The notes under the pieces are model-generated. The model had not been told where the DNA came from. It worked only from the letters and a program-made list of their open reading frames with translations, and did no database searches. A program made the position numbers and the translations under genes. A DNA stretch of 64,000 nt from Pseudomonadota bacterium. GTDB lineage: Bacteria; Pseudomonadota; Alphaproteobacteria; Rickettsiales; SXRF01. Numbering within the stretch: the first letter of the stretch is position 1; each line of letters begins with the position of its first letter. The DNA is taken from positions 34,710-98,709 of the forward strand of contig JBBTBX010000009.1 of the NCBI GenBank assembly GCA_038043465.1. Reading direction: 5' to 3'. Positions 50,533 through 59,693 of the stretch are shown here, piece by piece.

Positions 50533-50844
50533 ATGAAAAAGGTGATTTTACTAAGTATGGCAATACTAACGCTTGGCAGCGAAACTGCTAGTGCTTCCGG
50601 CTTCAGCCTGAATTTCTTTGCTCCAGCTCCGATATATGCTACTCCGGCTCCGGTATATGTTGCGCCAAGACCAGTATATGTAAGAAGTTATCCGGCATAT
50701 TACGCTTCTGCTTACCCTAGCTATAACTACGAACATAATTACTGGTATTATGATGATGACCGTGAACACAGACGGGAGTGCAAGCGCAAAAAACACCACC
50801 GGCATAAACGTCATGATCATGACTACCACTATTATCGGTATTAA
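50533..50844 (+). CDS. Small secreted Pro/Tyr/His-rich protein
   Basis: Signal peptide, then (P)AP(I/V)Y(A/V) repeats, then KKHHRHKRHDHDYHYYRY. GAGGA SD. Confidence 0.6.
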   Translation: MKKVILLSMAILTLGSETASASGFSLNFFAPAPIYATPAPVYVAPRPVYVRSYPAYYASAYPSYNYEHNYWYYDDDREHRRECKRKKHHRHKRHDHDYHYYRY

Positions 50845-50857
50845 TAGTCATCAGAAC

Positions 50858-51823
50858 TTACTCATTAAGGGAACGTAGATCTGCACGTGTGCCATATACT
50901 ACTAAATCGTCAAAAGCGGTTATTGTAGCCGGTTTCTGAACGAATGTTACAGAAAATGCGGTTGCTGCCCCACTGGAATCGCAATGGCAATTGGTAAGTT
51001 CAGCACTGTCGGCACTTATGTAATTTGCGAGTCTGGTGCTACTGCCGCCACGGTTATATCCGCCATGTCCGTTTTTGCCAAAACTCAGTAGCAAATAAAC
51101 TCCAGAAGTTGTTTTCGCCGCGCCGGTTGCATCATTTACCGTAATCCTGGCAGTTGAACTGTCGCTGACTGGAATATTAACTGCTCCGGATGCAGCAGTC
51201 ATATTAACATCCACCATATACATTATGCGTCTTCCCCAACCATCAATGGCATAATCATCCGGAAGCCCGAGAGTCTTAGTTGGAACCATTCCTCCTGCAA
51301 CGCTATAACGGCTTATGGTAATACCAGAATTAGTTGCGGTTGCTGGTTTATCAAGAGTAATCTGGGTTGAGCTGTCAATACTGGCAATATACGCACCAGC
51401 GGGAATGCCAGTGCCTGAAACCAGCGTTCCAACGGAAAGACCTGTTGTTGAGCTAACGCTGGTCACTATTGCTGAAGTATTGGTTGTATTACCGGTAAAA
51501 GTGCTGGCTGCCATTGAGAAATTCGCCGCTGGAGTCCCGCCTGTACAAGTCCCGTTATTTGCAGCCTCTATACCAAAATTATTGCTGGAAGTAGCATCCA
51601 TAAGCTGAGTCGCATCCGCTGGGCAGGGAATGCGGTTAAATGCCTGCCGGTAATCCAGCAAAGCCTTCTGAATGGCTGCCATCTTAACTTGTGTTTCTTT
51701 GATTTGCTTCAAATCAATCGAATGGTTGAAAAGCACCATCGCCCCACCCATGACTACAGAAATAATAACTAGGACAATGCTGAGTTCGAGGAGGGTGAAA
51801 GCTCTGTTGTTTAATTTCTGCAT
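50858..51823 (-). CDS. Prepilin-type N-terminal cleavage/methylation domain protein
   Basis: MQKLNNRA|FTLLELSIVLVIISVVMGG with GGAG SD. The track ORF extension to 51895 is a translated repeat (TPTTIITPTTPT). Confidence 0.85.
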   Translation of the reverse strand: MQKLNNRAFTLLELSIVLVIISVVMGGAMVLFNHSIDLKQIKETQVKMAAIQKALLDYRQAFNRIPCPADATQLMDATSSNNFGIEAANNGTCTGGTPAANFSMAASTFTGNTTNTSAIVTSVSSTTGLSVGTLVSGTGIPAGAYIASIDSSTQITLDKPATATNSGITISRYSVAGGMVPTKTLGLPDDYAIDGWGRRIMYMVDVNMTAASGAVNIPVSDSSTARITVNDATGAAKTTSGVYLLLSFGKNGHGGYNRGGSSTRLANYISADSAELTNCHCDSSGAATAFSVTFVQKPATITAFDDLVVYGTRADLRSLNE

Positions 51824-51836
51824 ATATAATCTCCAA

Positions 51837-51945
51837 GTGGGCGTGGTAGGCGTGATAATCGTGGTGGGCGTGGCGAAGTAATTTATCAATACCAATCATT
51901 TACGACTATCACGTCCATCACGCCTACCACGATAACCACGATTAT
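51837..51945. repeat. 9-nt-period tandem-repeat-armed element (CGTGGTAGG-like arms)
   Basis: A 15-nt perfect complement: CGTGGTAGGCGTGAT (51842-51856) pairs with ATCACGCCTACCACG (51917-51931). Lies between the lpdA stop and the pilin-like gene start. Confidence 0.85.
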
Positions 51946-51946
51946 A

Positions 51947-53350
51947 CTACATATGAACTACTTTACCAAACGCGTCCAGTGTCGATTCGTGCATCATTTC
52001 TGAAAGAGTCGGATGCGGGAAAATAGTGTGCATCAAATCAGCTTCGGTAAGCTCACCAGTTTTGGCGATAACATAACCCTGAATCATCTCGGTTACTTCC
52101 GCGCCGATCATATGCGCGCCGAGCAGCTCACCAGTTTTCGCATCAAATATGGTTTTTACTAACCCTTCTGGTTCGCCAAGTGCAATCGCCTTGCCATTAC
52201 CCATGAATTGAAAACGCCCGACTTTCACATTATAACCTTTTTCCTTAGCGGCTTTTTCAGTCAGCCCCACGCTTGCCACCTGTGGGTTGGCATAGGTGCA
52301 TCCTGGGATATTAGCGGTTTTCATCGGGTGTACATCTTTTACGCCCGCGATTTTTTCTACGCAGATTACGCCCTCATGGCTGGCTTTATGCGCAAGCCAC
52401 GGCGCGCCAGTTAAATCACCAATCGCATAAACATTCGGCTCGTCAGTTGCGCCCCATTGATTAGTTACGACATGAGTTTTTTCTACTTTAACCTTAGTGC
52501 CTTCAAAGCCAAGATTTTCCACATTACCGACAATGCCCACCGCCAGTATCACGCGGTCAACGGTGATTTCGCTGGATTTTCCACCAGCTTCGAGTGTGGC
52601 AGTCACATTATTTTTGCCTTTTTTCAGTGATTTCACAGTTGTTGTCGTGTGAATTTTCATGCCTTGTTTTTCAAAAGCTTTCTGCGCCAGTTTAGAAATT
52701 TCTTCATCCTCTACTGGAAGAATTCTATCCATAACCTCAACTACTGTTACTTCTGCTCCCAGCGTGCGATAAAAACTTGCAAACTCGATGCCAATAGCAC
52801 CGCTTCCCACCACCAATAATGATTTTGGCATTATGTCTGGCAGCATGGCTTCCCGATATGTCCATACCAGCTTGCCGTCTGGCTCAAGATTTGGCAAAGC
52901 CCGCGCCCGCGCGCCAGTTGCCAGAATCACATTTTTATAAGATATTTCGCTGATTTTTTTGCCGTCTTTCTCCACGGAAACCTTGCCTTTGCCAGCTAGT
53001 TTTCCGTAACCATCAATAACGGTTATTTTATTTTTTTTCATAAGTCCAGAAACGCCTTTGGAAAGCTGCCCAGAAACCGCGCGCGAACGGGCAACAATTT
53101 TTGCCAGATCAAATTTTATGTCTTTAGCACTTAAACCAAAAGCATCGAGATTGTGTAACAAATGATAAATTTCGCTGGAACGCAGCAAAGCCTTGGTTGG
53201 AATACAGCCCCAATTCAGACAGATTCCGCCCATGTGGTTAGCTTCCACCAACGCGGTTTTAATGCCTAGTTGCGCTGCACGAATTGCCGCCACATACCCA
53301 CCAGGCCCACCACCAATAACCACAAGATCAAAACTCTGCTGTTCCGTCAT
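51947..53350 (-). CDS. lpdA: Dihydrolipoyl dehydrogenase (E3)
   Basis: GGGPGGY FAD motif, redox-active CLNWGCIPTK and C-terminal HPTLSE. Confidence 0.98.
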   Translation of the reverse strand: MTEQQSFDLVVIGGGPGGYVAAIRAAQLGIKTALVEANHMGGICLNWGCIPTKALLRSSEIYHLLHNLDAFGLSAKDIKFDLAKIVARSRAVSGQLSKGVSGLMKKNKITVIDGYGKLAGKGKVSVEKDGKKISEISYKNVILATGARARALPNLEPDGKLVWTYREAMLPDIMPKSLLVVGSGAIGIEFASFYRTLGAEVTVVEVMDRILPVEDEEISKLAQKAFEKQGMKIHTTTTVKSLKKGKNNVTATLEAGGKSSEITVDRVILAVGIVGNVENLGFEGTKVKVEKTHVVTNQWGATDEPNVYAIGDLTGAPWLAHKASHEGVICVEKIAGVKDVHPMKTANIPGCTYANPQVASVGLTEKAAKEKGYNVKVGRFQFMGNGKAIALGEPEGLVKTIFDAKTGELLGAHMIGAEVTEMIQGYVIAKTGELTEADLMHTIFPHPTLSEMMHESTLDAFGKVVHM

Positions 53351-53377
53351 ATTTTTTCCTTTTTTATTTTTTGTATT

Positions 53378-53680
53378 TTATTTAGCTTTGAACCCGCGCA
53401 CCAGCCAGCACCCTACTGGAAATAATGCCAGCAGTAAAATGGGCGGTAATAACACCATGCCAATACGTTTCATTTGCAATTCTTCTTTATCTTTGCCGTC
53501 ACTCTGGGAAATGCCATTTTCGTCAATACGCAACTCAGAATCTTTAGACAAAGAAATGGTTATGCCATTCTTTTCAACTTTATTAGCTTCCTGATACTGA
53601 TACCAGCCCATTCCACCTATCCATAACACGCTGATAAGCACCCAAACTCGTAACAACCCACGCCCAATATTTTTACTCAT
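53378..53680 (-). CDS. Hypothetical 2-TM membrane protein
   Basis: 100-aa ORF with hydrophobic N- and C-terminal segments. Co-oriented inside the PDH cluster. Confidence 0.5.
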   Translation of the reverse strand: MSKNIGRGLLRVWVLISVLWIGGMGWYQYQEANKVEKNGITISLSKDSELRIDENGISQSDGKDKEELQMKRIGMVLLPPILLLALFPVGCWLVRGFKAK

Positions 53681-53690
53681 AATAAACCTA

Positions 53691-54179
53691 CTATCTTATG
53701 TTTTGTGGCATGGGAACAGCGGAAGAATGATGATCAACAATCATCCATTTTTTCCCCTGCAACTGATAAGTAAACGAAAAACGCGCAGGCACAGCCACCT
53801 CCTCGCCTTCCTGCGTATAGCTCAAAGTATATTTTCCAGTATTTACCGCCATATCTCCAAACCTGCGCGGATGCTCTTCTTCTATTTCCACACGCACATC
53901 AGGATTAGAAACCACTTTTTTATAATATCCCGTCAATGCTTTATTAGTGGTAAGCGGATTTTGCACAAAAGTGGAAATCATTATCGCGTTTTTATCATAT
54001 AAAGCAGCAATTGCCTCAACATCACGCCCTTCTACCGCGCTTTTCCAATCCTGAATCGCAGAGCCAACATCCGGTGCTCCAGCCTTCAACATCGTAGGAG
54101 CAAGCTCACGGGCGGAGGCTGTGAAAGAGCAAGATAAAACTGCGAACAATAACACCCAAAAATTAAATTTCTGTTTCAT
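53691..54179 (-). CDS. Secreted NTF2-like (SgcJ/EcaC / DUF4440-type) protein
   Basis: Signal peptide. WKSAVEGRDVEAIAALYDKNAIM...KWMIVDHHSS pattern. Confidence 0.65.
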   Translation of the reverse strand: MKQKFNFWVLLFAVLSCSFTASARELAPTMLKAGAPDVGSAIQDWKSAVEGRDVEAIAALYDKNAIMISTFVQNPLTTNKALTGYYKKVVSNPDVRVEIEEEHPRRFGDMAVNTGKYTLSYTQEGEEVAVPARFSFTYQLQGKKWMIVDHHSSAVPMPQNIR

Positions 54180-54513
54180 ATTTTTCCTTTAATATTTTTC
54201 TTGCAACATCAACTAAATCTGGCAAGCTTTCATTAATTATTTGCCAAACTTCTTCATATTCTAAATCACCCAGATAATCATGCACCAAAACATTACGAAA
54301 GGACTTTACAGTTGCCCAAGGAATTTGTGTATATTCTAATCTTGTCTCTTCCTTTAAATTACTAGCAGATTCAGTTATATTCGCCAAAACTTTAATAGTT
54401 GCATTTTGAAGCAAATGACTTTTAAGAAAATCCTCTTTTCCAAAGGCAATATACTCTTTGATATACTCATAAGATTCTATAATATGTTGCAAATAAAGTC
54501 TTTCATCTTTCAT
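54163..54513 (-). CDS. hepT: HepT-like (DUF86/HEPN) toxin, pair 1
   Basis: R-x4-H-x-Y motif in FRNVLVHDYLG. 4-nt overlap with the upstream MNT. Confidence 0.88.
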   Translation of the reverse strand: MKDERLYLQHIIESYEYIKEYIAFGKEDFLKSHLLQNATIKVLANITESASNLKEETRLEYTQIPWATVKSFRNVLVHDYLGDLEYEEVWQIINESLPDLVDVARKILKEKYETEI

Positions 54514-54803
54514 ATAGGTTTTGCCTCTTTAAGGACAGCATCTTTAATTACCCAATGTAAAGTTGGTTCGACCACGAAATCTATTTTACGGTGGAACATT
54601 TCCTCCAAGGCAGCTGGGAAACCATAAGTTGCCAGCCCCATATTTACACCTTTAATCCTGTTCACCAAAATATCAATATCACTATCCACTCGCTCCTGCC
54701 CTCGCGCTACCGAGCCAAACACCCGCACATCCGTAAGCCCACATTCCGTGGCAAGTGCCAGAATTTTCTCTCGGTTTTTGCGTAATTCGTTAAGGAGTGT
54801 CAT
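54510..54803 (-). CDS. mntA: MNT-type minimal nucleotidyltransferase antitoxin, pair 1
   Basis: VFGSVARGQERVDSDIDILV (GS...DxD). Confidence 0.88.
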   Translation of the reverse strand: MTLLNELRKNREKILALATECGLTDVRVFGSVARGQERVDSDIDILVNRIKGVNMGLATYGFPAALEEMFHRKIDFVVEPTLHWVIKDAVLKEAKPI

Positions 54804-54846
54804 GGTTTTTATCTCTTAAGATCCCCGCTTTTGCGAGTAATTGAAA

Positions 54847-56115
54847 TTACAACAACATCAGGCTTGGGCTTTCGATATAATGTTTCAGGGCTTGCAAGAA
54901 CTGTGCGCCGACTGCACCGTCTACCACACGGTGATCCACTGATAATGTTAAATCTACGATATTGCGGATTTCTATTTTACCATGGCGTACCACTGCCCGT
55001 TCTTCACCTGCACCAACGGCAAGAATACAGCCTTGTGGCGGGTTTACAATCGCCGCAAATTGCTTAACACCGAACATGCCGAGGTTGGAAATGCTGAAAC
55101 CACCGCCCTGGAATTCCTCAGGCGCAAGCTTGCCAGTTTTAGCGCGAGCAGCGAGGTCTTTCATTTCGTTTGAAATAGTCACCACGCTTTTTTGGTCAGC
55201 ATTTTTTACAATCGGAGTAATAAGCCCACCATCAATCGCCACCGCTACCGAAATATCCACATTGTTATATTGCAAAGTAGCTTCATCGCTCCATGAAGCA
55301 TTGGCGGTTGGAACTTTTTTCAGTGCCAGAGCAGTTGCCTTAATGATAAAATCATTCACAGAAAGTTTGTAAGCTGGTTTTTTGTCTTTGCCTGCCACCG
55401 CTTCCGCATCAAAATTAATTTCCTTGCGAACTTCCAGAAGCCTGTCCAATTCACAATCAATGGTGAGATAGAAATGCGGCACAGTCTGCTTAGATTCCGT
55501 CAGACGGCGGGCAATTACTTTACGCATATTGTTATTAGGGATTTTGGTGAATTCAGTTGGGTTACGCAGCACCCTGCCCTTGCCACCAGTTCCGCCAGAA
55601 GCGACGGCTTTCAGCACATCATCTTTTACAATGCGGCCATGCGGCCCTGTGCCAGCCACCATCCGCAAATCAATTGATTCGTTAGAGGCGACGCGCTTGG
55701 CAAGCGGGCTTGCCTTCAGGCGATCCCCTGATGAGAGAGCAGGATTCTGGATTCTGGATTCAGAGGTAGAAACAGAAACAGTTTCAGGTTTTTTTTCTTC
55801 TTTCTTCCCTGAATCCTGACTTCCGACACTTGAACCCTTAGCTTTATAGCCATCCAAGACTTTCTTATCTTCACCATCTTCAAGCAGCAGGGCGATAAGC
55901 TCATTTACTTTCACGCCCTCCGTGCCAGAAGCAACCATGATTTTTCCAACGATACCCTCGTCAACCGCCTCGACTTCCATAGTCGCCTTATCGGTTTCAA
56001 TCTCAGCAATAACCTGACCTGACTTTATCTTATCACCTTCTTTTACTGTCCATTTGGCAAGGTTACCCTCAGTCATGGTTGGCGAAAGCGCAGGCATTAA
56101 AATTTCAATTGGCAT
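54847..56115 (-). CDS. pdhC: Pyruvate dehydrogenase E2, dihydrolipoamide acetyltransferase
   Basis: Lipoyl domain ([13 protein letters not shown]), E3-binding domain (ASPLAKRVA) and catalytic DHRVVDGA. Confidence 0.97.
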   Translation of the reverse strand: MPIEILMPALSPTMTEGNLAKWTVKEGDKIKSGQVIAEIETDKATMEVEAVDEGIVGKIMVASGTEGVKVNELIALLLEDGEDKKVLDGYKAKGSSVGSQDSGKKEEKKPETVSVSTSESRIQNPALSSGDRLKASPLAKRVASNESIDLRMVAGTGPHGRIVKDDVLKAVASGGTGGKGRVLRNPTEFTKIPNNNMRKVIARRLTESKQTVPHFYLTIDCELDRLLEVRKEINFDAEAVAGKDKKPAYKLSVNDFIIKATALALKKVPTANASWSDEATLQYNNVDISVAVAIDGGLITPIVKNADQKSVVTISNEMKDLAARAKTGKLAPEEFQGGGFSISNLGMFGVKQFAAIVNPPQGCILAVGAGEERAVVRHGKIEIRNIVDLTLSVDHRVVDGAVGAQFLQALKHYIESPSLMLL

Positions 56116-56449
56116 CTTTCAGTTCTTCCTTAATTTTAATTATTTGTTCTTTTAGCAAAGGTATATCTTTTTCGCAAGCACTCCAAACTTCTTTCATATC
56201 CACTTCAAAATACCCGTGAATTAGCATGTTTCTCATATCAACAATTTGCCGCCATGGCACATCACTATGTCGTATTTTCAGTTCTTTAGAAACATTATTA
56301 GCCGCTTCTCCGATAACTTCCATTGCCCTTACTATTGCAAGTTCAGTTATAAAATCCCTATTACCACAAAGCAAAATTTTTTCTACAATTACAATATAAT
56401 CGAGTACATGATCTATATATACGATATCATATAATTCACTTTTTTTCAT
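56105..56449 (-). CDS. hepT: HepT-like (DUF86/HEPN) toxin, pair 2
   Basis: [11 protein letters not shown] motif. Its stop lies 11 nt inside pdhC. Confidence 0.88.
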   Translation of the reverse strand: MKKSELYDIVYIDHVLDYIVIVEKILLCGNRDFITELAIVRAMEVIGEAANNVSKELKIRHSDVPWRQIVDMRNMLIHGYFEVDMKEVWSACEKDIPLLKEQIIKIKEELKDAN

Positions 56450-56733
56450 AAAGGCACTAAATCGCGGAAAATAGATTCACGAACCAGAGGATGCCTTATG
56501 TTATTTGGCTTGAATAAATCAATTTTTTTCCCTATAGCATCTTCCAATTCCGCTTTTAAAGATGCGAAACCAAAAAATGTCCCATTAAAGTTATCTATTA
56601 GCAAGTCAATATCAGAATTTTCATTTTCATCGCCGCGTGCAATTGAGCCAAACACCTTTATCTCGCGCACACCATACTGGGAAGCTATTTTTATAATTTC
56701 AGGTTTTTTGGCACGGAGTTCAGAGAGATTCAT
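56446..56733 (-). CDS. mntA: MNT-type nucleotidyltransferase antitoxin, pair 2
   Basis: VFGSIARGDENENSDIDLLI. Confidence 0.88.
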   Translation of the reverse strand: MNLSELRAKKPEIIKIASQYGVREIKVFGSIARGDENENSDIDLLIDNFNGTFFGFASLKAELEDAIGKKIDLFKPNNIRHPLVRESIFRDLVPL

Positions 56734-56736
56734 AAT

Positions 56737-57183
56737 TCAATCTTGACCACCCATAGCATTTAAACAATTACCATTTTTATAGCTGCTACCATTTACCGAT
56801 ACGTTAAATTTTTGCTGGGTCAGGAATTCGGCAAATTTTATTGCCTCATCAGAATTTCCAACTTGATAATTAACACCTCCGTTCATTTGATAATTCTGGA
56901 CGTTATTATTGTAATTATTGTTAATATTATAACTCATCGACTGCAATTCAAATTTCTTCATCTCCTGTTTTTTAGCATAATCATAAATAGATTGCATTTT
57001 TTCATCATATTTAGTTTTCGCCTGCACAAAATTTTCTGCGGCTAAGTTAAAGCTTATAGAAACACTAACCTGTTCCTGCAAACCACACTTTGACGGAACG
57101 ATACTAGATATCACTTTGTCAGCCAAAACAGGTGTTGAAAAAAATATGCCAATAATAAATGCTAAAATATATTTAAGCTTCAT
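56737..57183 (-). CDS. Hypothetical secreted Asn-rich protein
   Basis: Signal peptide MKLKYILAFIIGIFFSTPVLA from ATG 57183. The track ORF over-extends to 57228. Confidence 0.55.
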   Translation of the reverse strand: MKLKYILAFIIGIFFSTPVLADKVISSIVPSKCGLQEQVSVSISFNLAAENFVQAKTKYDEKMQSIYDYAKKQEMKKFELQSMSYNINNNYNNNVQNYQMNGGVNYQVGNSDEAIKFAEFLTQQKFNVSVNGSSYKNGNCLNAMGGQD

Positions 57184-57535
57184 AATAATCATCTCCTGTA
57201 AGTGTTTTATAAAGAAGTAATAACTCAATTTTTAATGTTGGCAAATCATCAGTTATTATTTTTCCAATTCTCTGCAAATTTATTTCTTCATACTCATGGC
57301 TTAATATATTCCGAATTCCAATGATTTTTTGCCATGGTATATGCTGGTTTTTTTGTTTCACATCATCGCCTATTCGTTTACAGGCTTCCCCAAGTACCGT
57401 AAAAGCACGAAGCACGGCATGTCCCACCATTTCATCATGCAAATCACCACGTTGCATAAACTTCTCAATATGCCCAATTTCAAAAAGCATATCCCAAATA
57501 TATACATCTGGATTTTTAATATTATTTTTACTCAT
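57173..57535 (-). CDS. hepT: HepT-like (DUF86/HEPN) toxin, pair 3
   Basis: IRNILSHEYEE motif. Confidence 0.88.
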   Translation of the reverse strand: MSKNNIKNPDVYIWDMLFEIGHIEKFMQRGDLHDEMVGHAVLRAFTVLGEACKRIGDDVKQKNQHIPWQKIIGIRNILSHEYEEINLQRIGKIITDDLPTLKIELLLLYKTLTGDDYYEA

Positions 57536-57819
57536 AATGGAACAGCACCATCAAGCATGTAACGCTTACGAAGCGGGTTTCTAACAATGTCTATTTCCAC
57601 CATATCAACCTTAGTATGAAGCAAATTCTCAACCTTATTTTTAAACTCTAAAAATTCAAAAATAGAGCCATCTTTCATTTTTATCATAAGATCAATATCA
57701 GAATTATCGCCCTCATCACCACGTGCAACTGAGCCAAAAACACGAATATCACTCACACCGTATTCATCAGCAATTTTTATAATTTCAGGTTTTTTAGTAC
57801 GAAGCTCAGCCAGATTCAT
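57532..57819 (-). CDS. mntA: MNT-type nucleotidyltransferase antitoxin, pair 3
   Basis: VFGSVARGDEGDNSDIDLMI. The start MNLAELR at 57819 is chosen by analogy with pair 2. The ORF is open to 57825. Confidence 0.86.
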   Translation of the reverse strand: MNLAELRTKKPEIIKIADEYGVSDIRVFGSVARGDEGDNSDIDLMIKMKDGSIFEFLEFKNKVENLLHTKVDMVEIDIVRNPLRKRYMLDGAVPL

Positions 57820-57837
57820 AATCAAACCTCCAAAATT

Positions 57838-58824
57838 TTAAATTTCACGCGCGCAAACTTCTTTTACCGCCTCAATGATGTGGCTGGCTTGCGGCAGTGC
57901 AAGTTTTTCAAGATTTGCCGCATAAGGAAGCGGGACATCAACACCCGCCACACGTTTTACTGGCGCATCAAGATAATCAAAAGCATGCTCCATAATCACC
58001 GCTGCTATTTCCGAGCCAATGCCTGCTGCCGGCCATCCCTCTTCCACACTTACACAACGGCTGGTTTTCTTAACCGATTCGATTATGGTTTCAGTGTCCA
58101 GCGGGCGGATGGTTCGCAGGTCAATAACCTCTGCCGATATACCTTCCTGTGCCAACGCCTCCGCAGCTTCCAAAGCTTTTCCCACCATAATGGAAAATGC
58201 AACAATGGTAACATCCGTGCCTTCACGCACCACGGCGGCTTTACCAATTTCCAGCGTAATATCGTCACCTTCAGGAACATCAAAATTCTGCCCATAGAGC
58301 ATTTCATTTTCTAGGAATATAACAGGATTTGGATCGCGGATTGCCGCTTTGAGCAAAGCTTTTGCCGATGCTGCGTCCCACGGTGCAACTACTTTAAGAC
58401 CCGGAATATGTGCGTACCAACTAGCGTAGCACTGTGAATGTTGCGCGCCTACCCGTGATGCTGCGCCGTTTGGCCCACGAAACACAATCGGACAACGAAT
58501 CTGCCCACCCGACATATAGTTGGTTTTTGCCGCCGAATTAATTATATGATCCATCGCCTGCATGGCAAAATTGAAAGTCATGAATTCAACAACCGGTTTC
58601 AACCCCATCATGGCAGCACCAACACCAAGACCAGCGAATCCATGCTCGGTTATCGGCGTGTCAACCACCCGCCGCGCTCCAAACTCCGCAAGCAAGCCCT
58701 CAGTTACTTTATACGCCCCCTGATACTCGGCAACTTCCTCGCCCATCACGAAAACTTCTTTATCACGGCGCATTTCTTCCGCCATCGCATCACGAAGCGC
58801 TACTCTTACTGTCTGCTGTCCCAT
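57838..58824 (-). CDS. pdhB: Pyruvate dehydrogenase E1 beta subunit
   Basis: [18 protein letters not shown] start with GAGG SD. The track ORF GTG extension to 58857 is unsupported. Confidence 0.96.
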   Translation of the reverse strand: MGQQTVRVALRDAMAEEMRRDKEVFVMGEEVAEYQGAYKVTEGLLAEFGARRVVDTPITEHGFAGLGVGAAMMGLKPVVEFMTFNFAMQAMDHIINSAAKTNYMSGGQIRCPIVFRGPNGAASRVGAQHSQCYASWYAHIPGLKVVAPWDAASAKALLKAAIRDPNPVIFLENEMLYGQNFDVPEGDDITLEIGKAAVVREGTDVTIVAFSIMVGKALEAAEALAQEGISAEVIDLRTIRPLDTETIIESVKKTSRCVSVEEGWPAAGIGSEIAAVIMEHAFDYLDAPVKRVAGVDVPLPYAANLEKLALPQASHIIEAVKEVCAREI

Positions 58825-58843
58825 ATATTTTTCCTCTCGTATT

Positions 58844-59227
58844 TTACCATACCGCACGTTTGTAATGTTTCAAAATTTTTTCATCGCCAGTTACCAATTT
58901 TCCTTTGCGCAGTGTAGCTTCTGCAACTATCAGGCGATCAAAAGTGTCTCTTGTCCAACCTATTTTAATAGCCTCTCTGCAAACATCCGCAAAATTACTT
59001 CGCGATTCTGCTATCTCTATTTTTCCTCGCAAAACATCCAGAAAATGCTCCGCATCATAACGGGTTTTGCCTATCTCATAAAGATAACCCAACTCCAAAC
59101 AGACCATTGGAGAATACAAAACTTCGTTTTCAAGAATAGTTTTTTTAGCTACGGAACTAAGTTTTTTAAAATTTCCCTTAACCAACCACAATATAATATT
59201 GGTATCAATGAAAATAGCATCATTCAT
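58844..59227 (-). CDS. vapC: PIN-domain toxin VapC
   Basis: FIDTN...E...[11 protein letters not shown] acidic residues. ATG 59227 gives an 8-nt overlap with the antitoxin stop (alternative ATG at 59236). Confidence 0.85.
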   Translation of the reverse strand: MNDAIFIDTNIILWLVKGNFKKLSSVAKKTILENEVLYSPMVCLELGYLYEIGKTRYDAEHFLDVLRGKIEIAESRSNFADVCREAIKIGWTRDTFDRLIVAEATLRKGKLVTGDEKILKHYKRAVW

Positions 59228-59498
59228 ATTTGCCATCACGATTCCATGGTCCAATCAAGCTCTCCCAATCGATTGAACGGTAAAACTCAGAATCCTCCAC
59301 CAAGCAATCTTTTAATGGCACTATTTTTGAAAAATCATTGATGATTTTTTTCTTCTTTTTTGCAGATTTTTTAGGTGGAGTAATAGTGATAAGCTGTTTA
59401 TTTCTACGCACTGAAACAGGCTCACCAGTGCGGATTACTTCATCAATAATCGCATAGATATTGCTGCGTAGCTCAGTAACTGTAATCTCATTTTTCAT
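59220..59498 (-). CDS. Phd/YefM-type antitoxin
   Basis: ITVTELRSNIYAIIDEVIRTGEPVSVRR N-terminal fold pattern. Lies upstream of vapC. Confidence 0.75.
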   Translation of the reverse strand: MKNEITVTELRSNIYAIIDEVIRTGEPVSVRRNKQLITITPPKKSAKKKKKIINDFSKIVPLKDCLVEDSEFYRSIDWESLIGPWNRDGKYE

Positions 59499-59511
59499 AT
59501 AACTACCATAT

Positions 59512-59526
59512 CACGTACGTACGTAC
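59512..59526. promoter_or_regulatory. (ACGT)n palindrome upstream of the phd/vapC pair, a candidate operator
   Basis: cacgtacgtacgtac lies 14-28 nt upstream of ATG 59498. Confidence 0.3.
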
Positions 59527-59529
59527 CTG

Positions 59530-59691
59530 TCAATTGTCAGAGCTACGATTAGAATCTTGCGTTTTTTCATTTTTTAATTTACTCCAGCAACCGGAAAAAT
59601 AATCAGAAACATTAGAGGTGTCTTTCTCCTCAATACCGCACCAGCAGCCGCTGAGAAATACCAAGACAACAAGGGGAAAGGTTATTTTCAT
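59530..59691 (-). CDS. Small lipoprotein
   Basis: MKITFPLVVLVFLSGC lipobox. The ATG at 59691 lies 2 nt after the pdhA stop. Confidence 0.5.
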   Translation of the reverse strand: MKITFPLVVLVFLSGCWCGIEEKDTSNVSDYFSGCWSKLKNEKTQDSNRSSDN

Positions 59692-59693
59692 AA

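Noticed and set aside
51824-51895. N-terminal extension of the pilin-like ORF (MVLINYFATPTTIITPTTPTWRLY).
   Set aside because: It is a translation of the 9-nt tandem repeat from a TTG. A canonical prepilin leader with a GGAG SD starts at 51823.
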